DNA of 64,000 nt from the NCBI GenBank assembly GCA_051362555.1, contig CM120641.1, positions 21,576,001-21,640,000 on the forward strand, read 5' to 3'. This document shows, in pieces, positions 13,101 to 27,614 of this stretch. Position 1 is the first letter of the stretch. Each line of letters starts with the position of its first letter. Made by a program: the position numbers and the translations under genes. Below the pieces are notes generated by a model. It was not told where the DNA came from. It searched no databases and worked only from the letters and a program-made list of their open reading frames with translations. The stretch is from Lingula anatina. Its lineage: Eukaryota > Animalia > Brachiopoda.

Positions 13101-13870
13101 GCATTCCTCACTCTCTGCGCCCCCAGATTTGGCTGCGTCTCACTGGAGCTCTGGACAAGAAACAGAACTCTGATACTTGTTATAAGGACATTGTCAAAGC
13201 CAGTGGAAATGATCATCTCATGACATCCAAACAGATTGAAAAGGTAAAACATCTCTTTAAAGTAATTGAATTAAGATTCATATATTGCAGACAAATTTGA
13301 TTAGTTTAAGATTAAGGAAAGCTTTTCAGTAATCTTGCATTTTTTTTTGACTGAGATGGGGTATAGCATAGGTAGTGTGAGTAGAGAACAATAAAGAAAA
13401 TAGAAGTTCTTTGTAAAGAAGGATCTGCAGTATTACAAATTAAAATGCAACTTAAACTGTTTGTGGGTTGAGGTTAAGGCATAAAAAAGAAATAGGTTAC
13501 AAAAACTGTTATGTGATAGAAAATGGACTCAGAAGAGCATGGCAAATTCCAGGAGGCCAGCGTGTTTAGATAATTGGCATTGATACACCAATCTCTTACT
13601 AGAGATGAATTGGTTGGGACTAATGTTGTGATAATGGAGAAATGATTAACATAGGACTTTGCAATGTGCACACAATAATTGATACTGACACATAATGGAT
13701 TTTTTAGCTGCACTGTAAATTTATACATAATGATAGAATGTGCAGTTTCAGCAGAAGGGCTGAAAAGCTGATTGCATAAGTGATGTTGTTAGAAAAAATA
13801 TAAGATGAAAAATGCATCAATAATCTGTGACTTGTCAAAAGTATTCTGGAATTCGACATTTTTATCCTAT

Positions 13871-13921
<51 letters not shown>

Positions 13922-16900
13922 TTTTACATCTGAAAAAGATAAAGTATGGAGAAAAAAGTGTGATTTTATCAAAATTAGGGATCATTTTGCTCAATAAGCA
14001 GCTTAGCAATTTTATCTTTCCTTACATTCATCTGTATATTTTAAACAATCAACTTTGTTCCAGGACTTACTTCGTACAATGCCCAGCAACGCATGCTTCT
14101 GCAACATCAACAGTACGGGTATCCCGCGACTGCGGAGGATCCTGAGAGGCTTGGCGTGGCTGTACCCAGACATTGGCTACTGTCAGGGTACAGGAGTGGT
14201 AAGAAAACACAGACACCAGAGTTTCATTATGAGGATATCACTGCTCTAGTGTCTACATTTCTTTACAAGGATTCTGTCAGTGCTCTCAGTTGCTGTCTAG
14301 CACATCATTCAAAATACAGATTTTATCTGTGAAATCAGAGGGTATGGAAATCAATAGTACTAATATAAAGGCCTTATTTCTCTCTCCTGCCATGTGATTT
14401 TGCTCCAAGGTGTGGAATTGTGTCTTGCAGATTGCTGCTAACTTGCTGCTTTTCTTGGAAGAAGAAGAGACATTCTGGATGATGTGTGCTATTATAGAAG
14501 ATCTGCTACCAGCTTCCTACTATTCCAGTACTCTGCTTGGGATACAGGTATGGACAGGATTTTATGTTCTGTGTCAAAAGTAAAAAAAAAAAATAGCAAT
14601 TTTTGGGGTAATAGAGAGAAAATGTGTACTAAACATCTCTCAGAACTTAAAGTGCTTGACTTGGTGTTTGACTGATAATAAATTGGTTATATTTATTTGC
14701 TTCATATTTATAATATAGTCTTCAATGTTTATTGCTGATGGTGATAATATTGTCTCATTTATTTATTATTAAGGGTTATTTGCACAGTGAACTATTTTGT
14801 GTACACTGTAACTGGATGGCCAAATGAATAATTTAGGTACTTTTCATACACCTTGCTCAACATGCTACACCTTGTAATAATTTAGTGGGATTCTTGTGAT
14901 GTCAAGTGCTCTTTTCATAGCACTTTTAGACTAGTTAGGAGAGGATTTAATCTTAGATAAACTTGCAATCAATTTCCATAGGCCTCCTTAAAAGGCTAAC
15001 ACAAATAGTCTTGTTTGCTGATTTGGTAAATCCACAGCTCCAGATAAAAAAGTAGTGATAAATTCCAGGGCTACAAACTCTAGTATTTCAAATGCTCATG
15101 CTTCAGATTACAGTTTAGGCAGCAAGAGAAACCTCTGTCAAAATGCCTCTGTTTTATTATCTTCAGTTTTTTTTTAATTTATGGAAATCTTAAAGACTAT
15201 GTCAGATCTGCTGTGTGTGATGTCATTTAGTTCATTAGTTCATGATTTGCACAACAGAGATAAAAATGTGCATGTATGTTTGTGTTTATATTCAGGGATA
15301 ACAAGTTTCATCAAAAAAATTTATTGCTGTGCTAGTCTGCTAGAGATATTTTATAAAAGGCTTCCATCTGCTAGTGCAAAATCAGTATCACCAGAAAGAG
15401 ATATGTATTATAATTCTCTTATCCTTTCAACTGATTTGGAAAAGACATGCAGATGACAACAGTTAGGGGGCATTTGAGATAACCAGATTTTAATGCTAGT
15501 TAAGTTTTCTAACAACTGACTACAACATCCATGAGAATATGTACACAGACTTTCAGCTACCTGGTAACTGTGAAATTTCTGGCTATGAAAACATTGGTAT
15601 CAGATTGGTATATACTTAGAGATTTGTCCAGTGATTTTCCAACCCTTGATTAGCATGTACACTCTTTCCCCCCAAACAGGCAGACCAGAGAGTGCTGCGA
15701 CATCTCATTATAAGTTATCTTCCTGATGTGGACTTGGTGCTTAAGGAACATGATATTGGTAGGTTATCCATGACTTATTCTTTCTAGCCAATTTTTAGTT
15801 TTATGTGAATTGATAATAAAATTGTTCAAGTTATTGGTGCATTTTTTTTCATACAAATATATAAATTTTAGCACTGTTGAGGGCAGCAAATGATAAAAGC
15901 AATGAAAATTTAATGATTCTGTTTATTTTTGACATTGGCAAAAATTAAAGTGACAAATGAGAGCTCTGTTGCAAGGGGGGAGGGCATTACTTATTAGTGC
16001 TTTTCAATGTCACCAGTGTCAGATCTATGCAACAAATTTACAAACACATTAACAGTCTTAACAATTTCTCTTCTCATACATAATCTTTAGAGAATGATCT
16101 TCAGCATGAAGTGGGTTGCTTGTTGAAGGTCATTTCTTTTTTGTCCAAATTTTTCAGAGCATGACCAACTACAAATATTATTATGATATGACAAACTTGC
16201 TGCTGATTCATCTTTTTTTTTCATATTTTCTATCTTTCAGAGTTGTCTCTGATCAGCCTCCATTGGTTCCTGACTCTCTTTGCCAGTGTGGTGCACATCA
16301 AGGTGCTGCTCAGACTATGGGACCTGTTCTTCTATGAAGGTTCTAGAGTGTTATTCCAGATCACACTGGGCATGCTGAAGATGAAGGTAGGAAGTTGTAC
16401 TCAGACATGTACTTACTCACTTACCTAAACAGCAATTAATATATGTAAGATGTTACAAGGGAACCTGGGACAGGTTATATACAGGTTATACAAGCATACA
16501 GTGGGTATTAAACCTATATGTTACAAAATTGTTTGTGATGTAAGTTGATACCATACTTCGAATACCCGCAAGAGTGAGAAGTGGTGCATTTAGGTTCAAG
16601 TCACATCATTTCCATAAATTTTTTTTTTGGTGACAAGAAAACTCAGTGAAACAAATAAAAACCAGATGTTGTATATCTTTTTTATTCAAAATTTTAAAAA
16701 TGTGTTATATCTGTGGTGGTTATTTGTAACATTGAAGTAGAAGATACAGTGTATTCAACCAGTTGAAAAATTTCTACTGTGATAATGTATAGGTATTGGA
16801 GTGGAGAAAGTTAAACAAGGAGAGGCTAGGTATTTTATATTGAGGAAGCTCAGGCCTATCTTATCCCTGTGACCTAGTTGCCTAATGTGCCTAAGATATT

Positions 16901-19900
16901 GCTAAAATACACTATCTGTAAAATGTACAGGTGTTCAGATTAACTTGGTCGGCAAGATTAGGGATTTCCCTTCCTGTGGCTGTGTATTATTTTGAGCAGT
17001 GTAACACAAGGGTTATCTGAACTGGACAAAATTCAGATTTTTCTGTCTTTTTACTGTCAGTACTGCATAAAACAGACCCTAGGTTTGTTATTATACAGTA
17101 AGTAAAATTGATTTCTTTGATGAATTTCGTTAATTTTTCCTTGTATTTCTGAAGGAACAAGAATTGCTAAGCCTGGACAACTCAGCCCAGATCTTCAATG
17201 CACTGTCAGATGTCCCAGGAGATGTCCAGGATGTGGAGGAAGCTATAGAGGTGAGCGATCTTATCTTCAGTCTAGATGCCAAACTGGATTGCAACTTACA
17301 ATAAAGTGCTCAAGATGAATGTTAGACTTCCATTTTAGCATAATAAATAAGTAAATAGATAAATAAATAAGATTCAGAAAATTTAAATACCATTTCCTCA
17401 GTCACCAAGGACCAGGTTTGCCTCATCCATAACAACAGACAGGATTATAATCTATAAATTTGTTTTCAGTTCTCAGTTTCTACTTTTGACTCACTTTTGT
17501 AATAGGAATGGAGAAGGAATTTCATTTGTAACAGTACAAGTAGAAATTAAGAACTAAATATAGAAGTTTAAAGATGGTGATATTTTCAACAATTTGGGGT
17601 AGGATTTACCATGGTGATTGAGGGGAAAACCACTGGATTTACTATTTTCAGATCTAAGGCATATTGTTTGCCTTTAAGGCACATGATGGCAGTATCACTT
17701 TCCATGACATTGCTTCCAGTTTTAGTATTATTTATCAACTCATCTACAAAAAAATAAAAAAAAAAATTCATTTCATTCTACTAAATTCTACAAACTACTC
17801 CATTAGGGGCAGTGTTTTGATGATTATTCAAAAATAAAAGAAATACTTTGATTGAAGTCTGTTATCTTGCAGTCATGATAGAACAGTGTGTTTCATGTAT
17901 TGCAGTACTTTAGATAAATTTCAATCCAACTTTTTGCTTGAAAGTGATGTAAATATGGTATGTCTAGTAAGTTCACAGGCTAGAATTTTACAGTTTGTAT
18001 TATATAAGCTTATGTTAATTTGATAAAGAAAATATATTTATATATTTCAGACATCATATCGTGTTGCCAGCTCCCTCACAGATATGGTAGTAGAGTCTCA
18101 CAGGAGAAAGCACCTGGCATATCTCATGGCTGATCAAGGAGCTCTCCTCAATCCAGAAAATTCCAGAAACTTACCAAAACAGGTACGTTAGAAACTAATG
18201 GAGAAGGACCTGCACAATATACAAAAATTACTAAACAATATATCAGTATATTTCCTGTCAAAAAGTAACTTCTTTCTATCTATTAATACAGTATTTGTAT
18301 GAAGGTTTTTGCTTTAGTTGAGCCAGTTCATTTGTTGCCAGGGGCAACATTCAGTTGTCAAAGCTTCCCAAATGTTGCCTTCACTTTTGATCCAACTTTA
18401 TAAACAGGTTTTAATTTTTTTCTGTCATTTCTACCTTAGAAAACTTCAGAAGTTGAGTTAGAATTTTGTTACCCTTGTTTTGGAACTCCATAACTCCAGA
18501 AAGAGCTGAACCAGATACTTCATACATTTGATCACCATGATGTGTAGATAATATTGGCTGTGTGTCTGTGCAGGTGTTATCATAGAAAGTTGTTGTCTCC
18601 CCTATTCCATTCCCCCCCCCCCCCCCCACCTCAACCCCCCAACCCACCTTGGTATTATCAGAGAGGACAGGGTATGGATTAGAATCAGCTGTATTTATAG
18701 TGTCTCAACTGTTTTAGATATTAGTGTATCATTTTTGTTGCATAAAAAAGGGGCGGCTGAACTGGTATCATAATAGCATGCATAGTTTATCAGGATTAAT
18801 GGCACTGTAATTAACTAATTAAAAAAATCAACACCTCACAATTTCAGAAGAGTGTCAATAAAGAGGGAACAGGCTGTGGTAGATTTTGTGTTTCTTTGTA
18901 CTCCACCAAACCAGTGGTGAGTTCCCTGCACCCTATAATATGCCTTGATACACCCACATGTATATTTGGCTTGAGTATGTATTTGAAGATTGTATTTAGA
19001 TAAGGTGGGAGGGAAACCTGGTTCAGAAAATCTTTGGTGGCACTTTTCCTCCATTAAGGACCCCACTTGGTTTACCTGCCTTGCACAGAGGGAGTTTAAT
19101 ATTGTGCATCTTGATGATAAGCTTGATCTGGTGGTGGTCTTTCAGCATCATCTGGTATACTATAGCAATATATTAGCAATATTAACTGTCACTGAAGCTT
19201 TTTAATTATGCATATGTTATCTCTTATGGCATTTAGGCCTTAACTCCAGTTCTAGAATTATAATGGGCACAAGGTCTTCATCTTCATGCAAAATGTGTCA
19301 AAAACTATTTTTCCTTTTTTTCACATTTGTATCTGAGAAATATTCAAAGCATTCGGTATGTGGAAGTTTCTTGACAATTATATTTGTTGTGTGATAAATT
19401 TAAGAAGCTGATATTGATATTACCTTCAATAGAGCTATTTCTGACACTCACATGGAAGTGGTGATTTCAGGAGCAGATGACATTTTTGGGGACATTCATT
19501 CAATTAAATGTTTTGGGTGATGGAGTTTCTTATTTTGTTCTTATCAGAAAATCAGAAATATGTTAACCTCCTTCTCTACTGGTGGTTTCAGATTAAAAAG
19601 TTTTCAAGTTAAAATTTAGGTAATAGACTCTTGTATGTTAAATGTAAGGAATGGTCATGGTTTTATTGGGAGTAGCATACCTCAGTCATTATATATATAT
19701 ATATATTCCATGTCTGTTTATATAGTCTTATACTGTCATAAAACTTACCTTTTTAAATTCTCTCTCTCTCTCTCTCTCTCTGACCATGTTGTCTTTTGAT
19801 AAGAAAATTTGTCCACAAAATAGTATAAACATACTTATGCAAGGGAAAAAATTAATTTGTTTATAAATTTTTTGTGTTAGTGTCTACTGTTTTCTTTAAT

Positions 19901-22621
19901 AGAAAATTTGCAGACAGCTTTCCACATGTTGCTATTCCTCTCTTGTAAAAAACACTAAATTTTTTACATACTTCACACAAGATATCAGTTTGATCACACT
20001 TTCCATCTTGATTTCTGGTTTGGCTAATTCATGATGTGCATGAACAATCACATATAAGCAGTCTTGGAAAAGAATTATACAGGTAGCTCACCTGTGTCTT
20101 ACCATGTTTGTACAGCTTAGTGTATGAACTTCCATATTCATAGCTTCACCTGGCATTTATATCCACAGTATTTTCAAGTATGTAAAATAAGGAAACAGAA
20201 TTGCTATTCCAAAATTATGAAGGCACAACTTAAATCATTTCAGCAACTGAACAAACGCCATCTGAAGCGATCAAAGTCCTTGATCTCTTCTCTCCTCTGG
20301 GGAGAGGAGGATGAGGATGGTTTTGATGGGAAAGCCAAGAATATCAAGCAGACAGAGTTGCTGGTGGACATGAGGGAGGCCATTTTGCAAGTAGCCAGGC
20401 ATTTCCAGTCCATAGACCCAAAGAACAGTAAAGTGGTAAGAAAGGAGCCAGTGAATAAAGATAAATGAGCAGTCTTTTGTGACCACTGAAAGATGTATAC
20501 TGAATGTGCATAAAATTCTGATAGCTTTGTTAACTCATTAATATTTGAGAAATGAAAGTAAATAGAACAAAAAAAAAAAAAATTTTCTTGGTCAATATTT
20601 TGTAAGTGGATATGCATGTTTGTATGTGCTTAACTGTATCAAAATAATTGATATTTTCTTTTAGAAAGTCACCCCTCTACTTTGGCTTTATCGTCAGTTG
20701 CAGTGCATGTGAAGAACCCACCCTGTTATGTGATAAATTAGTTTGTGAATGCAGCTGTCCACCCCCCCCCTCCCCACCCCTGCACATCACAAACATGTAC
20801 TGGTTAATTGGGCACCTTTTGCCAATGAAAAGGTGCCTTATTCTTCTCTCCAGAAGCTTCAGGCTGACTACTCCATGGAAAGCCATGCCAAGGACATGGA
20901 CAATTACTTGAATGTGGCCAGAACTCGTCGGCGGAGGGCCAAGGCACTGCTAGACTTCGAGCGTCATGATGATGATGAACTGGGGTTCAGGAAAAATGAC
21001 GTTATTACTGTGAGTTTATTAAGGATTGATAACAAATCAGAGACTGTCTTAATAATCAAATTATTAATAATGTGATGCTGTTTGGATTGATCTTTTTAGG
21101 TTCATTTAATGTTTGTTTCAGTACTTTGATGTTTTTAAAGTTTTGAATCACATCCCTTTAGAAATACTTGATTGTGACAGTTCAGTTGCTTTTGTATGAA
21201 AGTAAAAAAATATTTCTTGAAGTCACTGCTAAACATCTTTTTATTCTGTGTAATTTTCTACTATTGGGCCTTACAAAAACTTTCAGGCAAACAAGAATAC
21301 TTCAAGATAACTTGCACCGTATTTGAAGAAATGACAGTTCAGTGGCTATTGCTTGAAAGTAATAAGTATTTCTTGAAGTCAACATTAAACACAAATTCTG
21401 TGTAATTTTCTACTTAATGTTACAGATAATCTCTCAGAAGGATGAGCACTGCTGGGTGGGAGAGTTGAATGGTTTGCGTGGCTGGTTTCCCGCAAAGTTT
21501 GTGGAGATGCTGGATGAGAGGAGCAAGGACTACTCCAGTGCTGGGGATGATTCTGTCACAGAAACCATTACTGATCTGGTCAGAGGAGTGTAAGTATAGA
21601 CGTTATTGGTAGCATATTTCAGTCTGATAGGAGTGCAGTAATAAGTGTGCGCCTTTTTTTTCCTTTTTTAGGGGGAAAGGGCTAGAGTTTTGTTGATGAT
21701 TATGAAGTTTTTGTTGGAATAAAAAACTTACGTGGTTTGAAAATGAGAGTGCCTCCCTATGTGACACATTATATATATTTAATAATGTGTTCAAAAAGTG
21801 CATATTGTGATAAATTAATCTGGTGAATTTAGAATGATTTCTGTACAAATAAATATCAAGTATGATTCATTACTTAACCATCTGTCATAAAATCTTCACA
21901 CTCATGTGTTTGACATGCTGAAGTTTGATTATGTGTCTTGGCGTGACCCTTTTCTGCAGGATGTCTGGTCACTTTAATTTCACCATAAATAGCAGTGGGA
22001 TTCTTCTGTTTTCTTTCCGGACATGTCACTCTACTTACTCTGAAAGATGAAGAGATAATGTTTGTTGCCTATTATGAGATTAGTTTAAGCAGACAGCACT
22101 CAGTTTTACCAAGGAGGGACAACCCAATCTGATTGTACCATTTCCTTTACAGCCTGTGTCCAGCCTTGAAGGCTATATTTGAACATGGCCTCAAAAAACC
22201 ACACCTTCTCGGTGGGACAGTTCACCCTTGGTTATTTATAGAGGAGGTAAGTTTTTTACTGATTAAATCAGCTTTATAACCGTTAAATAAGTTTACTCAC
22301 GTAATATAATCCCCACTGAATATTAAACACAAAAACCCTGAAGTATACCACAGTGTATTTGTAAAAATCTCTTTTATTGCCTTTAGAATCATTTATTTTG
22401 TGCTTCATTTTTACCCAGGGTTTTAAATTCTTCACTTGCTTGGGTTTTCATTGAACTAGCTCAACAGGTAATTATAAGCTCTCTCTCTATATTCAGGCAG
22501 CTACCAAAGAAGTTGAGAAAGACTTTAATTCTGTGTATTCAAGACTTGTGCTGTGTAAAACATACAGGTAAAATGTACACGATGGCAGTATGAACACAGC
22601 AAGACATCTACTTCAGTTTGG

Positions 22622-22705
<84 letters not shown>

Positions 22706-25700
22706 TGGCATTACCTTCTTTTCTTCTCTTATTGTAAAAATTAATTGAACTATTTAAGTTGACTGTTTGTTCTGCTACTACAGAAAAAAATATAAATTGA
22801 TCATGATTTTAATCAAATCATTTGATTGCAATTTTTATCATACCATTCATCTTCTAGACTTGATGAAGATGGCAAAGTTTTGACACCTGAGGAAATCTTG
22901 TACAGGGTAAGTTGGTTCTTGTTTTCTGAGTTACCTTCCAATTTTCTTTAAATTCAAAAGTTTTATATTATGCATTTCTGTTTGATATCACTTTCAAGTT
23001 ATTATATATCTATATTGCACAATATCATAAGACATTGGTCTCTATATATGTAATATCACATGTGATCAGATATAGATAACTTTCTGAATGGTAATTCATA
23101 ATTTCAGTGTGTGCAGTCTGTGAACTTTACCCATGATGCTGCACATGCTCAGATGGATGTCAAGTTCAGGTCTCTCATTTGTCTTGGTCTCAAGTAAGTG
23201 TTAATGGGTGGTGCATGTGTGGGGTATGCATGGGTATTGTTACAGGGGATGTTTTGATTATGATACTTTTGGGGAAATACAGAAACTGCCTTGAAAAATC
23301 CCAACTGTGCCCAGAAAAATGTTCATCTGAGGGACTTGGTCTCATGTGTAGGATTCCTTTCAGTGAAATGCTGTACACATGGCCATATTGTTATTAAGTT
23401 GCCCTGAAGTGGTGCTACTGTATCAAATGTTAGATTTCTTTGTCATAATAAATAACATTGTAAATTTGTAATTGCATTAACAGTTGACTGTAGATGGTGA
23501 CAGAAAGCCCATTTTCTTGTTTAGTTAAAATTATTATTTGTTTTTATTTTATTTATTTTTTAGTTTATTGTGAAAATGTGAACATTTGGCATACAGTTAA
23601 ACTATGCAGTAAAAGCATTTAACATTAAATCCATTTGCTACTTTAAGTATTAAAAAAAGATTTTTTTCCTATAAAGGCAGCAGACTAAATTTGCAACAGA
23701 TTTCATTTGTTACCACTTGGCACAGTTTAAAGTTTGTCATTTCCAGTGAACAAGTGTTGCACCTGTGGTTGGAGACCCTGTGTTCCTGTATGGAGGTGAT
23801 AGAGAAGTGGTACCAGCCCTGGTCCTTTATGAAAAGTCCTGGCTGGGTACAGATCAAGTGTGAACTAAGGTAAGTACACTGATAGTAAACATTACTGTGC
23901 ACTTGTATCAGTAAAATACACTGTTATCCGTGTGACTGGCTCCTGGTTGTGTTCATATCCAGACTTACTTAGACCAGAAATAGTTATAACTGATAATTAC
24001 TATTACTATTACTATTTATGGTCTTAAGTTAAACCAGTTTGAAACACAGCCATGGATTTGCTTGTAGTTTATATATTACACATTTTATTGTACCACCAGC
24101 GTTAGCGCTGGCGGTACACATGGTTTTAGTCCCGTCCGGTCCGTTCCGCCGGCTCCTGCGGCTCCGCCGGCTCCGCCGCCATGTTACCGTTACCGCTTCT
24201 CCTCCTAGACGGTAAGGGCCCCCATACCCATCTCTTGGATTTAGGTCACCTATAATCTCAACTCGTTCCACGTAAAATTTGGGCTTTGTTGGTATTGGGG
24301 TCTAGGTGTGGCATTCATTGCAATGCACCCTTGTCCAAAAATGGCAAAATTAAATGCTAATTATCTCCCCTACGGAAGGAATTATGGGAAAAATTTCTAC
24401 AGACAGCTTTCCAAAAGTCATATGTGTAGATTTCAAATATGCCCTTGGATTTGACCTTTGACCTTTATTTCAAGGTCAAACAGGCCAAAATTTTCAAAAA
24501 AACAAAATTTTTGCCGAAAAAAAAATGATTTGCGCTCTTATTCAGACACCACACAGACTTAACTAACAATATTAATGGAAAGTGTTACATTTCGGGTCAT
24601 CTTTCATCTCCGTGAATTTGGGGTCAATCGGTGCATTTTCACGGGAGTAGCGGCCATAAGATATCGAAACTGAAAACTGTCTCTAATTCGGGAACCGTTA
24701 ATGCTAGACACTCATTCTTTTTTGCATTTTGTAGAGCATGTAAAGCCCAACACTGGAGGTGGTCTCCGTTTTTTTGTATTCCATACGGTTTTCGAGTTAC
24801 GCTGTATCAAAAAGTACATATTGGTGGTGAAAGCAAAATGTGCAGTACGGTAATGGATAATAAATTTTGAACTCCGGAAAAATAAAACATAAGGCTTGGC
24901 AAAGCAGACAACTTGTGGTCAAAAATGACATTATTTCATCAAATTTGAACATCTGGAACTTCAGAGCACCTCCCATTTCAAGAATTTTGACCAAAATGAC
25001 CTTTTCTTTATTTTAATTAATTTTTTCTGTAGGAAATTTATGGCACATTATGGTAACTCCAAAATTATACCATTTAGTACCTTATATCTCCAAAACTGGC
25101 AGAGATAGGTCCATAGTTACTATTGAAGTTGAATAGGAAGTCATATACTGGCAATCTAAATGTGACCTTAAAATTGACCTTTGACCTACTTTTCACCATG
25201 AACTGAACTTTGCAAATTTTGCTTCCCTTTTATCTCCAAAACTGGCAGAGATAGGTCCATAGTTTCTATTGAAGTTGAATAGGAAGTCATATACTGGCAA
25301 TCTACATGTGACCTTAAAATTGACCTTTGACCTACTTTTCACCATTAACTGAACTTTGCAAATTTTGCTTCCCTTTCATCTCCAAAACTGGCAGAGATAG
25401 GTCCATAGTTTCTATTGAACTTGAATAGGAAGTCATATACTGGCAATCTACATGTGACCTTAAAATTGACCTTTGACCTACTTTTCACCATGAACTGAAC
25501 TTTGCAAATTTTGCTTCCCTTTTATCTCCAAAACTGGCAGAGATAGGTCCATAGTCTCTATTGAACTTGAACAGGAAGTCATATACTGGCAATCTACATG
25601 TGACCTTAAAATTGACCTTTGACCTACTTTTCACCATGAACTGAACTTTGCAAATTTTGCTTCCCTTTTATCTCCAAAACTGGCAGAGATAGGTCCATAG

Positions 25701-27573
25701 TTTCTATTGAACTTGAATAGGAAGTCATATACTGGCAATCTACATGTGACCTTAAAATTGACCTTTGACCTACTTTTCACCATGAACTGAACTTTGCAAA
25801 TTTTGCTTCCCTTTCATCTCCAAAACTGGCAGAGATAGGTCCATAGTTTCTATTGAAGTTGAATAGGAAGTCATATACTGGCAATCTACATGTGACCTTA
25901 AAATTGACCTTTGACCTACTTTTCACCATGAACTGAACTTTGCAAATTTTGCTTCCCTTTTATCTCCAAAACTGGCAGAGATAGGTCCATAGTCTCTATT
26001 GAACTTGAACAGGAAGTCATATACTGGCAATCTACATGTGACCTTAAAATTGACCTTTGACCTACTTTTCACCATGAACTGAACTTTGCAAATTTTGCTT
26101 CCCTTTTATCTCTAAAGTTACGCTGTATCAAAAAGTACATATTGGTGGTGAAAGCAAAATGTGCAGTACGGTAATGGATAATAAATTTTGAACTCTGGAA
26201 AAATAAAACATAAGGCTTGGCAAAGCAGACAACTTGTGGTCAAAAATGACATTATTTCATCAAATTTGAACATCTGGAACTTCAGAGCACCTCCCATTTC
26301 AAGAATTTTGACCAAAATGACCTTTTCTTTATTTTAATTAATTTTTTCTGTAGGAAATTTATGGCACATTATGGTAACTCCAAAATTATACCATTTAGTC
26401 CCTTATATCTCCAAAACTGGCAGAGATAGGTCCATAGTTACTATTGAACTTGAATGGGAAGTCATATACTGGCAATCTAAATGTGACCTTAAAATTGACC
26501 TTTGACCTACTTTTCACCATGAACTGAACTTTGCAAATTTTGCTTCCCTTTTATCTCCAAAACTGGCAGAGATAGGCCCATAGTTACTATTGAAGTTGAA
26601 TAGGAAGTCATATACTGGCAATTTACTGTGACCTTGGAATTGACCTTTGACCTACCTTACGATGAACTTAACTTTGATTGTACCATTTTTAGTTATATAT
26701 ATATTTTTTGCATATTTTGAAAATTCTTGTTGATTGCATTTTTACAGCTTGTCAAGCACAAGACTGGTGGCTGTGTTCCTTATTTTGTGTATGTGGGGGT
26801 CTGTACGAATGCGTTTGCTCCAGCTGGTGGTACAATATTCGGAGGCGGTATCGCCTCTCTGATCCTCTAGTTTTTTATAGCACTTATATCAGCTCTTCAT
26901 ATAACCTTGGCACTTGGATGAAAACAGAGAGAAGAAAGTAATGTACAAAAAAAAAAATAAACTGTATTTTACAGTTTAACAGTCACCTGTCACAGCCAGT
27001 GGTTTCCTCTGTTTTTATTTCCTGTAATACTTTCTCTTGCTTACAAGAATATTTGAATTATTTTCTTCAGGATTCTTTCACAGTTTTCCTTTAGATTAGC
27101 TGCTGACTCTGAGCTGTACACAAGGAGAAACTATTTTACAGAATTGAAGAATACAGTGTTAGACATGCTTTCAAAACATAGTCTCTTTAGTTGGGATTCT
27201 TAATTTAAAGATATTAGGGTGACATAAGGGTGAAATATATGCAGTTTCCCCTAGATTTATTTAGAAAGTTATGTAATGTGCAATGTATGTGATGCTGTTG
27301 AATTATGAAAACCTAGAAATTATGGATGAATTTATGTCTAGTATTCTTCAACAATTGTTAATATTCTTGGTTAGGGCTTGTATCACAGACCTAATCCCTT
27401 GTACTTTTGATCACCTTGACCATTTATGACATTAAAAAAGTAACAGGTCTTTCAGCTAACTCGCTGGCTTAATTGAATGCTGCCCTCACATTTTGATATC
27501 AAATAAAAAGCAATAATTATAACTATATTAGGCAATGAACATGCAGAAATTCTACATTTTCACATCACTCTTT

Positions 27574-27614
<41 letters not shown>

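Noticed and set aside
21960-22050. Possible truncating exon in SGSM3 intron 14
   Set aside because: Acceptor-like site and short open frame only, with no homology or clear poly(A) signal; likely chance.
24797-26315. Two identical 65-aa ORFs (MVKILEMGG...)
   Set aside because: By-product of the duplicated spacer in the HINE; no splice context or recognisable motif.
25087-26660. Regular repeats as a possible CRISPR array
   Set aside because: Contiguous 146-bp monomers with no unique spacers, inside a eukaryotic intron, and no cas genes.
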